From Methylophilaceae bacterium (GTDB lineage: Bacteria > Pseudomonadota > Gammaproteobacteria > Burkholderiales > Methylophilaceae), in the NCBI GenBank assembly GCA_031429035.1, contig JANOYU010000061.1, positions 38,948-102,947 on the forward strand: DNA of 64,000 bases. The letters run 5' to 3'. The translations under genes and the position numbers were made by a program. The notes beneath the pieces were generated by a model. The model made no database searches and was not told where the DNA came from. It was given only the letters and a program-made list of their open reading frames with translations. This document shows positions 29,935 through 43,467 of this stretch, piece by piece (position 1 is the stretch's first letter; each line of letters begins with the position of its first letter).

Positions 29935-32881
29935 ATTTTCTAACTTCGCCCGCACCAAATAAATTGCTCACGCAGCGGCCGCAAATCGTTGGGTGATCAG
30001 CATCCACGCCTACGCTTGCCACATAGTGCCAGCAACGTTCGCATTTTGCTTGCGAGCTTGGTTTTACCAGTATTTTTTGCGCATCTTTAGTTGCCGCTTT
30101 AAACACTTTTGCGCTGGATGTAATCGTCACAAATTTTAAGTCATCGCCCAAGCTATTTAGCGCATCAAAACTTTCCGCATCTGCATAAAATTCCAGCTCC
30201 GCTTGCAGGCTTGATCCAACCTGACTGGCACTGCGTAACACCTCAATTTCTTTAGCTGCATCTGCACGAGCAGAAACTACTGCCTTCCAAGCCGCTATTC
30301 TATTGGCTTGCAGGGCATGTGCTGGGATGTCGTACCATACATCTTCAAACACACTTTTGTCTTCACCCAAGTTTAAGGTGTGCCAAATTTCATCGGCAGT
30401 AAAACTTAAAATGGGCGCAATTAAGCGCATAAATGTGTGTGTAATATGAAGCAGCGCGCTTTGCGCGGCACGGCGGGTGGGCGAGTTTTCGCCACTGGTA
30501 TACAGCCTATCTTTTAAAATATCCAGGTAAAAACTGCCTAAATCGTCACTGCAGAAACTCACCAACTTTTGTACCGCTAAGTGAAATTCGTAACGCTCAT
30601 AATCGGCCAATACTTCGGTTTGTAGTTTTTGTGTTAAATATAGCGCGTAACGATCAATTTCTAGCCATTGTTCAACTGGCAACAAGTCTTTGCTCGCATC
30701 AAAATCAGCTATATTCGCCAGCAAAAATTTTGCTGTATTGCGAATTTTTCGATAGCTATCGGCCACGCGTTTTAAAATTTCGTCACTAATTGTCAGCTCG
30801 CCAGAATAATCGGTGCTGGCCGCCCACAAGCGCAAAATATCTGCCCCATAAGTATCCATCACTTTTTGCGGCGCGACCACGTTGCCTTTAGATTTACTCA
30901 TTTTATGGCCGTTGCCATCCACCACAAAACCGTGTGTCAGCAAGGCCTCATAAGGCGCACGACCATCAATAGCGCAGCCTGTGAGCAAGCTAGATTGAAA
31001 CCAACCGCGATGTTGATCGGAGCCTTCTAAATACAAATCTGCAGGAAAGTTAAGTTCTGGCCTGCGCTTAAGCACAGCTGCATGTGTAGCGCCTGAGTCA
31101 AACCAAACATCTAAGGTATAAGTGACTTTTTTATAGTCTTTATTGATGCCACTAGAATTGTCACAGCAAGCCGCACTGGTATTGGCCTGCAGGAAAGCAG
31201 CCTCATCTAAACTAAACCAAGCTTCAACGCCACTTTTTTCTACCAGCAACGCTGCGGCTTCTAGCAAATCTGCGGTTTGTGGGTGCGGCTCACCTGTTTC
31301 TTTATGCACAAAAAATGGCATCGGCACACCCCAGTTTCGCTGCCGCGATACGCACCAATCTGGCCGATTTTTAATCATCGCTTCTAAACGCGCGCGGCCC
31401 CAAGCGGGGAAAAACTCGGTTGCATCTACGGCTAAATTTGCCAACCTTCTTAAGCTAGTCCCCTCGCCCGTAAGCGGGAGAGGGTTAGGGAGAGGGGCAT
31501 TTTTTGCTACTTGCATAGCTTGCCCCTCTCCCCCAGCCCCTCTCCCGCTAACGGGCGAGGGGAGTCCTGCAGCATTCATGCCAATAAACCACTGATGTGT
31601 GGCCAATTGCATGAGCGGTGTTTTGTGGCGCCAACAATGTGGAAAGCTGTGATTTAAACGTGCACTTGCGAGCAAAGTACCGTTTTCTTGCATCTTAGCC
31701 AAAATGACATTATTCGCTTCTTGGCGAGTTAAGCCTCTGATTGCTTCAAACTCAACCAACTCGCTATTAAAGAATTTGCCATCACCACCCATTAAAATAC
31801 GTGGCTTTTCATTGGGGAAATTAGCTTTCATTACCAGCCAGTCATCATTACCATGCGCAGCGGCAGTATGCACTAAGCCAGTACCTGCTTCGGTAGTAAC
31901 ATGTTCACCGCAAATGATTGGTACTTGACGTTTGTCAAACGGATGTGCGGCAAGTAGCAACCCAAACTCTCGACCATATTGCGAACCCAACATCCACCAC
32001 TGACCATCTTCAACACCAAATCTTTTAAGGGATACTTCCAGTAGCTCATGCGCAAGTAGGAATGTGCCCTTTGTCGTGTCAACAATGCAATAAAGCAAAT
32101 CAGGATTAATGCTAATTGCTTGATTGGCTGGCAAAGTCCAAGGTGTTGTTGTCCATATAACAGCAAACACTTCTTTATCTTTCAGTAAATCTTCGCTTAT
32201 TTCAAATATTTGAGTTAAACGCAGATTGTTAGTTACCCTAAACCCCACATCAATGGCTGGTGAGTTCACATCTTCGTACTCCACCTCAGCCTCAGCTAGC
32301 GCACTGCCGCAATCCACGCACCAATGCACAGGCTTGCTGCCCTGGTACAAATAGCCATTATCTTGAATTGTTCCCAAAGCACGCATGATGTCGGCTTCGG
32401 TTTTGAAATCCATTGTTAGGTATGGGTTGTCCCAATCGCCCAACACACCCAAACGGATAAAATCTTTCTTTTGTTTTTCTACTTGTTCGGCGGCATAGGC
32501 GCGGCATAACTCACGAAACTTAGCGGGGTCAATATTTTTGCCGTGGGTTTTTTCTACCACCAGCTCAATCGGCAAGCCGTGACAATCCCAGCCTGGCACA
32601 TACGGCGCGTCATACCCCGAAAGCGTTTTAGATTTAACGATAATATCTTTTAAGATTTTATTAACGGCATGACCAATATGAATATCGCCATTGGCATAAG
32701 GTGGGCCATCATGCAGAATGAATTTTTTTGCGCCTTTGCGCGATGAACGAATACGCTCGTACAGCTTTTTATCTTGCCATTGTTTTAACCATGCAGGCTC
32801 GCGCTTGGCCAAATCGCCGCGCATGGGAAAAGGCGTTTCAGGCTGGTTGATTTTATATTTGTTTTGGTTGGTATCTGTCAT
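29927..32881 (-). CDS. ileS: Isoleucine--tRNA ligase (type 1) with in-frame palindromic insertion
   Basis: HIGH, WTTTPWT, KMSKS, C-terminal CERC..CGRC zinc site; 984 aa. Confidence 0.98.
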   Translation of the reverse strand: MTDTNQNKYKINQPETPFPMRGDLAKREPAWLKQWQDKKLYERIRSSRKGAKKFILHDGPPYANGDIHIGHAVNKILKDIIVKSKTLSGYDAPYVPGWDCHGLPIELVVEKTHGKNIDPAKFRELCRAYAAEQVEKQKKDFIRLGVLGDWDNPYLTMDFKTEADIMRALGTIQDNGYLYQGSKPVHWCVDCGSALAEAEVEYEDVNSPAIDVGFRVTNNLRLTQIFEISEDLLKDKEVFAVIWTTTPWTLPANQAISINPDLLYCIVDTTKGTFLLAHELLEVSLKRFGVEDGQWWMLGSQYGREFGLLLAAHPFDKRQVPIICGEHVTTEAGTGLVHTAAAHGNDDWLVMKANFPNEKPRILMGGDGKFFNSELVEFEAIRGLTRQEANNVILAKMQENGTLLASARLNHSFPHCWRHKTPLMQLATHQWFIGMNAAGLPSPVSGRGAGGEGQAMQVAKNAPLPNPLPLTGEGTSLRRLANLAVDATEFFPAWGRARLEAMIKNRPDWCVSRQRNWGVPMPFFVHKETGEPHPQTADLLEAAALLVEKSGVEAWFSLDEAAFLQANTSAACCDNSSGINKDYKKVTYTLDVWFDSGATHAAVLKRRPELNFPADLYLEGSDQHRGWFQSSLLTGCAIDGRAPYEALLTHGFVVDGNGHKMSKSKGNVVAPQKVMDTYGADILRLWAASTDYSGELTISDEILKRVADSYRKIRNTAKFLLANIADFDASKDLLPVEQWLEIDRYALYLTQKLQTEVLADYERYEFHLAVQKLVSFCSDDLGSFYLDILKDRLYTSGENSPTRRAAQSALLHITHTFMRLIAPILSFTADEIWHTLNLGEDKSVFEDVWYDIPAHALQANRIAAWKAVVSARADAAKEIEVLRSASQVGSSLQAELEFYADAESFDALNSLGDDLKFVTITSSAKVFKAATKDAQKILVKPSSQAKCERCWHYVASVGVDADHPTICGRCVSNLFGAGEVRKYA
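30281..30317 (-). repeat. 37-bp dyad motif copy inside ileS
   Basis: + strand tgccttccaagcc-gctattctatt-ggcttgcagggca; encodes [12 protein letters not shown]. Confidence 0.8.
31459..31563. repeat. 105-bp palindromic element (CCCTCTCCC/GGGAGAGGG family) inserted in frame in ileS
   Basis: Arms 31459-31499 and 31521-31563 are near-perfect inverted repeats; encodes [12 protein letters not shown]...[12 protein letters not shown]. Confidence 0.9.
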
Positions 32882-33792
32882 TTTGTTATTTCAAAAAATT
32901 TTCTTGCCACGTCAATATCTACCGCAATTTGCGCTTTTAACGCTTCTAAGCTCTCAAACTTCATTTCTTCGCGAATTTTGTACAAAAATTCAACATGCAC
33001 ATGTTTTCCATATAAATAATCATTAAAATCAAGCACATGCACCTCAAGCAATAGTTTTTGTACACCGCCTATGGTTGGTCTAACACCCAAATTAGCGACG
33101 CTTTTTAAACCTTGCAATTTGCCTGTACTCAATTTTACGGCATAAACGCCTGTTAGCGCAGGCCGCTCGTGCTTAATATGCACATTGGCGGTAGGGAAAC
33201 CCAGCTCGCGACCACGTTTTGCGCCATGCACAACTTTGCCGCTAATGCTGTAATGGCGACCTAATAACTGCGCGGCTAAATCTAAATTACCCGAAAATAG
33301 CGCATCGCGCACACGTGTGCTAGATACCCGTTCTGCATTAAAATCGACGCGTGGCATTGAAATAAGGTCAAAATCAGCCACTTTGAAGTCATTAATATTA
33401 CCAGCACGTTTGGCGCCAAACTTAAAATCTTCGCCCACCAAAATCGTGTTGGCATTCAGTTTGTCGCGCAACATGCTTATAAAATCTGCTGCATTAATGG
33501 CGGCAAAGCGCTGATTAAACGCGCACACGAATACTTTTTGTATGCCTGCCGCTTCAAAATATTCTAATTTCTCGCGCAAATTACTAAGCCGCGCGGGCGC
33601 ATTAAGCGGCGTAAAAAACTCGCGCGGATGCGGCTCAAACGTCATTACAGCTGCTGTTTTACCTAGCCTGTAAGCCGCATCAATATTGGCTTGCAGCAGT
33701 GCTTGGTGGCCTAGATGCATGCCATCAAAATTGCCAATAGCTAAGGTAATGGCTTCGCAAGGTTGGGCTGGTAAATGGCGAAAAACTTGCAT
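32878..33792 (-). CDS. ribF: Bifunctional riboflavin kinase/FAD synthetase
   Basis: [33 protein letters not shown]; ATG at 33792. Confidence 0.96.
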   Translation of the reverse strand: MQVFRHLPAQPCEAITLAIGNFDGMHLGHQALLQANIDAAYRLGKTAAVMTFEPHPREFFTPLNAPARLSNLREKLEYFEAAGIQKVFVCAFNQRFAAINAADFISMLRDKLNANTILVGEDFKFGAKRAGNINDFKVADFDLISMPRVDFNAERVSSTRVRDALFSGNLDLAAQLLGRHYSISGKVVHGAKRGRELGFPTANVHIKHERPALTGVYAVKLSTGKLQGLKSVANLGVRPTIGGVQKLLLEVHVLDFNDYLYGKHVHVEFLYKIREEMKFESLEALKAQIAVDIDVARKFFEITK

Positions 33793-33796
33793 GTAA

Positions 33797-35338
33797 TTAC
33801 AATGTACGCTTGTTAAAATCGCGCGGCCTAAAGCCCAACAAGCCAAGCACAGCAAAATAGCTAAATGCCCCTGCCAATACCAATAATGTAATCCAGCTTA
33901 GTTTGGTAAATGTGATCATGTGCAGCCAATCGCCCGCAACATTTGCCAGCCAATAAAGCACGCCAGCCATCGCCAGTAAGGCTATCGTTAATTTACTAAA
34001 AAATGCAAACCAGCCTGTTTGCAGATGATAAATGCCATCGCGGCGCAAATGATAATACAGCAGCCCAGCGTTGATACAGGCACCCAAGCCTATTGCCAGC
34101 GCCAAGCCTGCGTGCTTTAAATCGAGCGCAAATACAAACACCAAATTAAGCATTTGCGTAATCACCAATGTAAAAATGGCAATTTTAACGGGCGTTTTTA
34201 CGTTTTGCCGCGCATAAAAACCTGGCGCCAATACTTTAACTAAAATTAAGCCTATTAAGCCAACACTGTAGGCAATCACCGCGCGCTCGGTCATAGCGAC
34301 ATCATTTGCAGTAAATTTTCCGTAATGGAACAAGCTGGCAACTAAGGGCTTTGAAAGCACAGCCAATGCCACCGCTGCAGGCGCGGCCAGCAAAAATGTC
34401 AGTCGCAAGCCCCAATCTAACAGCTGGCTGTATTCGCTCTCGGTTTTATCCACAAATGCCTTAGATAAACTCGGCAATAAAATCGTGCCAAGCGCCACGC
34501 CCAATACGCCAGTGGGAAACTCCATTAGCCTATCAGCATAATATAGCCAAGAGATGCTACCCGTTTGTAAAAAGCTGGCAAAAATATTGTTAAGCACAAT
34601 TGATATTTGCGCCACAGATACGCCAAAAATAGCGGGGCCCATTAATTTGAGAATACGCCTAACACCTTCATCTTGCCAATTCAACTCGTAGCGTGGTACC
34701 AAGCCTAGATTGTGCAAATATGGCCACTGAAACAATAATTGCAACACGCCACCCACAAACACCGCCCATGCCAATACATGTATGCTGTTATTAAAATGTG
34801 GCGCAACAAATAAGGCCGCGATAATAAATGACACATTAAGCCAAACTGGCGTAAATGCGGGAATTTGAAACTTGCTGTAAGTGTTTAACACGCCGCCAGC
34901 CAGCGACACCAACGAAATAAACACAATATAAGGAAAGGTGATGCGCAATAGCTCAACCGTGAGCGCAAACTTGCTGGCATCTTTAGCAAACCCTGGCGCA
35001 GTTAAACCCACAATTAGCGGTGCTGCTAGCATGCCAATAATGGTCACCACTACCAAAAAAATGCCCATTAAACTGGCCACATGGTTAATTAACGCATGCG
35101 TTTCGGCTGGCGTGCGCTTGTTTTTATATTCTGACAAAATAGGCACAAATGCTTGCGAAAATGCGCCCTCTGCTGACACACGGCGTAATAAATTGGGGAT
35201 TTTAAAGGCCACAAAAAATGCATCGGTGGCCAAGCCTGCGCCAAAAATTCGCGCAATTAAGGTATCTCGCGCAAAGCCTAAAATGCGCGATAAAAATGTC
35301 ATGCTGCCCACATTGGCTAACACTTTTAGTAAATTCAT
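33797..35338 (-). CDS. murJ: Lipid II flippase MurJ
   Basis: [37 protein letters not shown]. Confidence 0.97.
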   Translation of the reverse strand: MNLLKVLANVGSMTFLSRILGFARDTLIARIFGAGLATDAFFVAFKIPNLLRRVSAEGAFSQAFVPILSEYKNKRTPAETHALINHVASLMGIFLVVVTIIGMLAAPLIVGLTAPGFAKDASKFALTVELLRITFPYIVFISLVSLAGGVLNTYSKFQIPAFTPVWLNVSFIIAALFVAPHFNNSIHVLAWAVFVGGVLQLLFQWPYLHNLGLVPRYELNWQDEGVRRILKLMGPAIFGVSVAQISIVLNNIFASFLQTGSISWLYYADRLMEFPTGVLGVALGTILLPSLSKAFVDKTESEYSQLLDWGLRLTFLLAAPAAVALAVLSKPLVASLFHYGKFTANDVAMTERAVIAYSVGLIGLILVKVLAPGFYARQNVKTPVKIAIFTLVITQMLNLVFVFALDLKHAGLALAIGLGACINAGLLYYHLRRDGIYHLQTGWFAFFSKLTIALLAMAGVLYWLANVAGDWLHMITFTKLSWITLLVLAGAFSYFAVLGLLGFRPRDFNKRTL

Positions 35339-35433
35339 TAAAAAAACATCTTTTACAATAATTAAAATGGCGAATAACTGAATTTTAGCACGCCATGCCA
35401 GCTATTTTGGCTAAAGCTATTTTTACTTTGTAC

Positions 35434-35462
35434 TTGCCAAAAGGCATTAAAAACACTAATAT
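35434..35462 (+). promoter_or_regulatory. Putative sigma-70 promoter of rpsT
   Basis: TTGCCA-N17-TAATAT upstream of rpsT. Confidence 0.5.
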
Positions 35463-35507
35463 ACGCGGTTTCGTATTTAACACCTTTTGGTTTAGGATTA
35501 GAAACAC

Positions 35508-35927
35508 ATGGCAAACACCGCACAAGCACGCAAACGCGCACGTCAATCCGTAAAAGTAAACGCACACAATGCCGCGTTACGTTCAACTTTGCGCACTGCA
35601 ATTAAAAAAATTATTAAAGCGGTAGAGGCTGGCGATAAAGCTGCCGCTGCTGCTAGTTACCAAGAAAATGTGATGGTAATTGACCGCATTGCGGACAAAA
35701 AAATCATTCACAAAAACAAAGCAGCCCGTCATAAAAGCCGCCTAAGTGCTGCTATTAAAGCCATGACAGGTGCATCTGTTGCTGGCGTTAAAGCAGTTAA
35801 AGCCACACCAAAAGCAAAACCAGCTGCAAAAGCTGCTGCTAAGCCAGCCGCAGCCAAAAAAGCTGCCGCACCAAAAGCAGCAGCCGCTAAAAAACCTGCT
35901 GCTGCAAAAAAACCAAAAGCAGAATAG
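35508..35927 (+). CDS. rpsT: 30S ribosomal protein S20 with Ala/Lys/Pro-rich C-terminal extension
   Basis: [13 protein letters not shown]...[13 protein letters not shown]; divergent from murJ. Confidence 0.96.
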   Translation: MANTAQARKRARQSVKVNAHNAALRSTLRTAIKKIIKAVEAGDKAAAAASYQENVMVIDRIADKKIIHKNKAARHKSRLSAAIKAMTGASVAGVKAVKATPKAKPAAKAAAKPAAAKKAAAPKAAAAKKPAAAKKPKAE

Positions 35928-35941
35928 TTATATTGATTTGT

Positions 35942-35971
35942 AAAAAAAGCCGAGTAATGCTCGGCTTTTTT
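35942..35971. terminator. Bidirectional Rho-independent terminator (rpsT / purK)
   Basis: aaaaaaagccgag-taatg-ctcggctttttt. Confidence 0.9.
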
Positions 35972-35998
35972 GTTGGTTGTTATTTTCAACCTTCGACT

Positions 35999-37165
35999 TT
36001 AATTACCAATATTTAACTCACTGCGTGCAATCAACGCCACATTCAACGCAGCATCCAAATCCTTTCCAATCACCGTATAGTGTCCCATTTTGCGTGCTTT
36101 ACGCGGCTCGTGTTTTCCGTACAAATGCAGCTTTAAATTTGCATGGCTGAGCGCCTTATTCCATGCGGGTTCCAGGGCTGGTGATTTGGCATCGTGAATA
36201 TTAGCAAACCAGCTATCACCTAAAATATTCACCATCACCGCATCGCTATGCAAGCTAGCATCGCCCAATGGCAGCCCAGTCATCACGCGCACTTGCTGTT
36301 CAAATTGGTTGGTGACGCAGGCATCAATGGTGTAATGGCCACTGTTATGCGGGCGCGGGGCGATTTCGTTTACTAACAATTGCTTGCCGACTACAAAAAA
36401 TTCCACGCCCAGCACGCCAACGTAATCTAACTTTTCAGCGAGTTTTTTAGCCAGTTCTTGCGCGTTGGCTTTAACCACCTCAGAACATCTTGCTGGCACA
36501 ATGCTAATGTCCAGTATTCCATTGAGGTGGCTGTTTTCAGCTGTAGGGAAAGCCGCAATATTGCCTTGCGCATCTCGCGCCAGCACCACTGACACTTCTA
36601 AATCCAGTGCCAGCATTTGTTCTAACACACAAGTTTCGTTGTTAAATTCTGCAAACGCTTTTGTAGCCTCTGCCTGATTTTTCACCCGCGCTTGGCCTTT
36701 ACCATCGTAACCAAAACGCGCGACTTTTAAGATTGCAGGGTAAAGCTCACTGGCATCATCTGGCAATTCGCTCACGCTATTAATCACCGCAAATGGTGCG
36801 ACTGGCAGGCCAGCATCTTTAATAAAGCTTTTCTCAAGCACGCGATGCTGTGCAATAGACACACAATCAGCAGAAGGCCTAACTGTGGTAGTAAGCGCTA
36901 ACATTTCTAGCGATTTTGCGGGTACATTTTCAAATTCAGTTGTTATTGCAGCACAAGTTTCTGCCATTTGTTTAAGCGCAGCTGCGTCATCAAAATTAGC
37001 ACAAATATGCACATCGGCAATTTTGCCTGCAGGGCTATTTTTATCAGGGTCTAATACAGTGACTTGATAGCCAAGCTCGTGCGCAGCAATCACAAAAAAG
37101 CGACCAAGCTGGCCGCCGCCTAACATGCCTAACATCGCTGGTGGATTTAATACTTTTGCTGTCAT
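35999..37165 (-). CDS. purK: N5-CAIR synthase
   Basis: GGGQLG, TEFENVP, GYDGKGQ, NEIAPRPHNSGH, RKMGH. Confidence 0.97.
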   Translation of the reverse strand: MTAKVLNPPAMLGMLGGGQLGRFFVIAAHELGYQVTVLDPDKNSPAGKIADVHICANFDDAAALKQMAETCAAITTEFENVPAKSLEMLALTTTVRPSADCVSIAQHRVLEKSFIKDAGLPVAPFAVINSVSELPDDASELYPAILKVARFGYDGKGQARVKNQAEATKAFAEFNNETCVLEQMLALDLEVSVVLARDAQGNIAAFPTAENSHLNGILDISIVPARCSEVVKANAQELAKKLAEKLDYVGVLGVEFFVVGKQLLVNEIAPRPHNSGHYTIDACVTNQFEQQVRVMTGLPLGDASLHSDAVMVNILGDSWFANIHDAKSPALEPAWNKALSHANLKLHLYGKHEPRKARKMGHYTVIGKDLDAALNVALIARSELNIGN

Positions 37166-37174
37166 GATTGTGCT

Positions 37175-37669
37175 TTATGGCTTCTCTGTCAAAATCATAT
37201 TAATCACTTTATCACTTTGCGTGGCGCGAAATTCTGCCAATTTTTTTGCCAAGTTTGCATCGTGATTAGCCAAAATACTTACCGCAAATAACCCAGCATT
37301 GGCAGCGCCTGCATCGCCAATGGCAAAGGTGGCGACTGGTATACCTTTAGGCATTTGCACAATCGATAGCAGTGAATCTTGGCCTTGTAAATGCTTAGTT
37401 GGCACTGGCACGCCCAATACGGGCAACGTAGTTTTTGCTGCCACCATACCCGGCAAATGCGCTGCACCGCCCGCGCCTGCGATGATAATTTGGTAGCCCT
37501 CTTTAGCTGCGTTTTCGGCAAACGTAAACATTAAATCGGGCGTGCGATGTGCAGAAACCACTTTGGCCTCATACGCCACACCAAAATCTGCCAGCATTTG
37601 CGCGGCAATTTTCATCACTGGCCAATCGCTGTCTGAGCCCATAATAATGGCAACTAAAGGTTTATTCAT
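37175..37669 (-). CDS. purE: N5-CAIR mutase
   Basis: [37 protein letters not shown]. Confidence 0.97.
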   Translation of the reverse strand: MNKPLVAIIMGSDSDWPVMKIAAQMLADFGVAYEAKVVSAHRTPDLMFTFAENAAKEGYQIIIAGAGGAAHLPGMVAAKTTLPVLGVPVPTKHLQGQDSLLSIVQMPKGIPVATFAIGDAGAANAGLFAVSILANHDANLAKKLAEFRATQSDKVINMILTEKP

Positions 37670-37684
37670 TCAAATTTTCCTAAA

Positions 37685-39854
<2,170 letters not shown>

Positions 39855-39885
39855 CTAATGTGCAACCTTATGCTGTTACCTAAAT

Positions 39886-39914
39886 AAAAAAGCCCCATCA
39901 AACGATGAGGCTTT
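39886..39914 (-). terminator. Rho-independent terminator after rpmA
   Basis: Minus strand agcctcatc-gttt-gatggggct followed by a T run. Confidence 0.7.
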
Positions 39915-39931
39915 AATCATACTACTTAAAC

Positions 39932-40189
39932 TTAAACTGCAACAATATTCACCAACTGGCGACGCAGTGCACCTTTGATACAAAATGTGACTTTGCCGTC
40001 TATTTTTGCAAATAGCGTGTGGTCTTTACCCATGCCAACGTTTTCGCCCGCGTGCATTTTAGTGCCACGTTGACGTACGATGATGCTGCCAGCAGAAACA
40101 ACTGTTTCGCCAAATGCTTTAACGCCCAAACGTTGTGAGTGTGAATCGCGACCGTTACGTGAACTACCGCCAGCTTTTTTGTGTGCCAT
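39932..40189 (-). CDS. rpmA: 50S ribosomal protein L27
   Basis: [24 protein letters not shown]. Confidence 0.98.
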   Translation of the reverse strand: MAHKKAGGSSRNGRDSHSQRLGVKAFGETVVSAGSIIVRQRGTKMHAGENVGMGKDHTLFAKIDGKVTFCIKGALRRQLVNIVAV

Positions 40190-40217
40190 GATTAATCCTT
40201 TATATCTTTAAACTAAA

Positions 40218-40532
40218 TTATTTAGCTGCAATTGCATCAATTTTAATTTCAGTAAAACTTTGGCGATGGCCTTGTGTTTTACGATAATGCTTACGGCGGC
40301 GGAATTTGAAAATCATTACTTTATCTGCACGGCCATGAGAAAGCACGGTCGCGCTCACTTTAGCACCTGCAATAATTGGCGCGCCAATCGTGGTTTTTTC
40401 GCCATCTGCAATCATTAACACTTTGTCAATAACCACTTTGCTACCCACTTCACCTAATAGTTTTTCAACTTTTAGCGTTGCGCCAGCCTCTACTTTATAT
40501 TGTTTGCCACCCGTTTTAATAACTGCGTACAT
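40218..40532 (-). CDS. rplU: 50S ribosomal protein L21
   Basis: [28 protein letters not shown]. Confidence 0.98.
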   Translation of the reverse strand: MYAVIKTGGKQYKVEAGATLKVEKLLGEVGSKVVIDKVLMIADGEKTTIGAPIIAGAKVSATVLSHGRADKVMIFKFRRRKHYRKTQGHRQSFTEIKIDAIAAK

Positions 40533-40572
40533 GGTTTTAACCTTGCTTTTCTATACTTCAAATGAATCGCGC

Positions 40573-40600
40573 ATTATACGCAAATTATTAGATTAAGCAA
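40573..40600 (-). promoter_or_regulatory. Putative sigma-70 promoter of rplU-rpmA
   Basis: Minus strand TTGCTT-N16-TATAAT followed by GC-rich discriminator GCGCG. Confidence 0.55.
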
Positions 40601-40669
40601 ACGCTAAATTGCCAAATAAGCACGCGCTGCCTGTGTTAAAATTATAACATCTTAGAAACGGCTCGGCAC

Positions 40670-41638
40670 GTGAATCTCAACAACATTCAATCTCACATTA
40701 CAGAAGACATGCAAGCAGTCGATACAGTCATTCGGCAATCGCTACATTCTGAAGTTTCGCTCATCAATACCATAGGCGAGCACATTGTTAACGGTGGCGG
40801 AAAGCGGCTACGGCCCGCACTGGTGCTAATTTCTAGCGGTTTGTTCGGGAAAATTCAAACGCCACATTACGAGTTGGCAGCCATTGTAGAGTTTATTCAC
40901 ACCGCAACGCTGTTGCATGACGATGTGGTGGATGAAAGTGCCATGCGGCGTGGCAAAAGCACCGCCAATCACCTATTTGGCAATGCCGCCAGCGTGCTAG
41001 TGGGCGATTTTCTATACTCGCGTGCGTTTCAAATGATGGTAAAACTGCAAAACATGCGCGTGATGAAAATTTTATCCGAAGCGACCAACATCATTTCAGA
41101 AGGCGAAGTGTTGCAGTTGATGAACATTCACAACCCCGATGTAACCGAGCAAGAATATTTAAAAGTGATTCACTTTAAAACTGCCAAATTATTTGAGGCG
41201 GCAACGCGCTTGGGTGCGGTCATTAGCAACGCTAGTCAGCAAGATGAAAACGCACTAGCACAATACGGCATGCGGCTTGGTACAGCGTTTCAGCTAATAG
41301 ACGACGTGCTGGATTTAAGCGGTGATAGCGGCAAAATTGGCAAAAATTTAGGTGATGATTTAGCCGAAGGCAAGCCGACGCTGCCATTACTCATTGCGAT
41401 GCATCGTGGCAACGCAACTGAATCCGCCACTATTCGTAAAGCTATTCAGCAAGGTGGTTTAGATGAGTTGCCTGCGGTAGTGGCTGCTGTTAAAGCCACC
41501 GACGCACTCAATTATGTACGTAAGGTGGCTGAAAATGAAGCCAAACTTGGTTGCGAAGCTATTGCACACTTGCCAGCATCTATTTACAAACAGGCTTTGA
41601 TAGATTTAGCCGAGTTTGCAGTTAAACGGGATTTTTAA
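40670..41638 (+). CDS. ispB: Octaprenyl diphosphate synthase (GTG start)
   Basis: GGKRLRP, LLHDDVVD, FQLIDDVLD, GDDLAEGKPTLP. Confidence 0.96.
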   Translation: MNLNNIQSHITEDMQAVDTVIRQSLHSEVSLINTIGEHIVNGGGKRLRPALVLISSGLFGKIQTPHYELAAIVEFIHTATLLHDDVVDESAMRRGKSTANHLFGNAASVLVGDFLYSRAFQMMVKLQNMRVMKILSEATNIISEGEVLQLMNIHNPDVTEQEYLKVIHFKTAKLFEAATRLGAVISNASQQDENALAQYGMRLGTAFQLIDDVLDLSGDSGKIGKNLGDDLAEGKPTLPLLIAMHRGNATESATIRKAIQQGGLDELPAVVAAVKATDALNYVRKVAENEAKLGCEAIAHLPASIYKQALIDLAEFAVKRDF

Positions 41639-41682
41639 TTTTTTAAAATTTAATGAGTTAAGTGGTTTTAATTGAATATGCT

Positions 41683-42003
41683 TTAATGTCCAGAAGTTAA
41701 TTTAAGCCCAATCATAGAAACAATTAATAAAACCAAAAATAAAATCCTCCAAAGGGTGATAGGATCACCCATTAAAACCATACCAATGATAGCAACTCCT
41801 ACTCCTCCGATTCCTGTCCAAACTGCGTATGCTGTTCCAATGGGTATAGATTTTGTTGCTTGCTCCAAAAAACTAAAGCTTAAGATGATACAAACGTAGA
41901 ACACGATAGACCATGGAATATTCTTGTGACCATCCATAAATTTTATTGCAACTGCAAAGCCCATTTCAAATAAGCCCGCAAGAAAAAGATATGTCCATGC
42001 CAT
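41683..42003 (-). CDS. SMR family transporter (SugE/Gdx-like)
   Basis: MAW..L.LAGLFE, IPIGTAYAVWTGIG, GLKL; 106 aa, 4 TM. Confidence 0.88.
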   Translation of the reverse strand: MAWTYLFLAGLFEMGFAVAIKFMDGHKNIPWSIVFYVCIILSFSFLEQATKSIPIGTAYAVWTGIGGVGVAIIGMVLMGDPITLWRILFLVLLIVSMIGLKLTSGH

Positions 42004-42042
42004 TTCTTAACCCTTAAAAATTATATTATTTGTTTGCTAGCT

Positions 42043-42432
42043 TTAGTTTAAAGTAATAGGCTCGCCACTTTCTGCATGAAAATAGCTCAAATGCGCGCAA
42101 TCACTGGTGCCGCTAGTTAGGCTACCATCAAATAAAGCTTTGCCTTCTACATCCACCACTGCGTAGCCATTGTGATACAGCGTAATCTCCGCCAACTTTG
42201 GTACTAATTTGGGGGCTAATTTTGCTGCTTTCTCTCGCATCGCAAAGCTAATACACGTTTCATCTTCGTCTTCGCTCACCACTTCCCATTTATTTTCGCC
42301 GGTAAGTTGCGCCAACCAACCTGGCAAATCCACCTCTACACGGCAAATAATCGGCGCATCCCAAGCTGGGTGGTCGATATTGTTCAGCTCAACTATTTCT
42401 GCTGCGTTTAATGGTAAATTACTATCGGTCAT
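42043..42432 (-). CDS. Hypothetical acidic protein
   Basis: 129-aa ORF with AAGGA RBS; no family recognised. Confidence 0.7.
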   Translation of the reverse strand: MTDSNLPLNAAEIVELNNIDHPAWDAPIICRVEVDLPGWLAQLTGENKWEVVSEDEDETCISFAMREKAAKLAPKLVPKLAEITLYHNGYAVVDVEGKALFDGSLTSGTSDCAHLSYFHAESGEPITLN

Positions 42433-42589
42433 TTTTGTCCTTTATGCTTGTGCCACGCCAACTGTTAATAATTAAATGGTGACTATATGACGTTATTCAA
42501 GCAATTTTAACGCCAATAACGCACTTTTGTTGCACACTTAGTTTAACGATGCCATGATTGCATTAGTTTACAAGCTTTAAGGGAAAATA

Positions 42590-43465
42590 ATGTTTGATTT
42601 TTTAGTGCCACTTTCTGATTTACTGCGCAGCGAACCTACTTTTTTTATCGGTTTCTCAGTAGTTTTTGGCTTAATGGTGGGCAGTTTTTTAAATGTGGTG
42701 ATTCATCGTCTGCCAAAAATGATGGAAAATACCGAAAAAGCCTACGTGGCCGAGGCTTATGGTGTATATCCTGCAGAACCACTGCCAACCAAGTACAACA
42801 TTGTTACGCCACGCTCGGCTTGCCCACACTGCGGGCATAACATTAGCGCGCTAGAGAATATTCCCATTATTAGCTATTTAATATTGGGCGGCAAATGCAA
42901 AGGCTGCAAGGCAAAAATTAGCCTGCGCTATCCATTGATAGAGGCCTTAACTGGCGCGTTAATTGGCGCGGTGGCGTTTAAATTTGGTTACAGCAATGCA
43001 TCGCTATTTGCGTTTATTTTTGTGTTTGCATTAGTGGCATTAACCTTTATCGATTTTGATACCCAATTGCTGCCCGACGACATTACGTTGCCGTTGCTGT
43101 GGCTGGGGCTAATTTTTAACTTTAATACTGGCTTTGTAGATTTAAAATCAGCTGTATTAGGCGCAATTTTTGGCTATTTAATTTTATGGGCGGTGTATTG
43201 GCTGTTTAAAATCGTCACCGGTAAAGAAGGCATGGGTTATGGTGATTTTAAATTATTAGCCGCAATCGGTGCTTGGTTTGGCTGGCAATTATTGCCTGCA
43301 GTGATTTTACTTAGCTCCGTAGTGGGTGCGGTGATTGGTATTGGCTTGATTGTATTTAAAGATAAAACACGCGGAACCGCGATACCATTTGGCCCATTTT
43401 TAGCGCTGGGCGGCATTGCGGCGCTGTTTTTTGGGCAGCAATTAGCCAGCTTTTATTTGGCCTAG
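42590..43465 (+). CDS. pilD: Prepilin peptidase / N-methyltransferase
   Basis: GSFLNVVIHRLP, CPHC/CKGC, LLPD, GMGYGDFKL, PFGPFL. Confidence 0.96.
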   Translation: MFDFLVPLSDLLRSEPTFFIGFSVVFGLMVGSFLNVVIHRLPKMMENTEKAYVAEAYGVYPAEPLPTKYNIVTPRSACPHCGHNISALENIPIISYLILGGKCKGCKAKISLRYPLIEALTGALIGAVAFKFGYSNASLFAFIFVFALVALTFIDFDTQLLPDDITLPLLWLGLIFNFNTGFVDLKSAVLGAIFGYLILWAVYWLFKIVTGKEGMGYGDFKLLAAIGAWFGWQLLPAVILLSSVVGAVIGIGLIVFKDKTRGTAIPFGPFLALGGIAALFFGQQLASFYLA

Positions 43466-43467
43466 CA

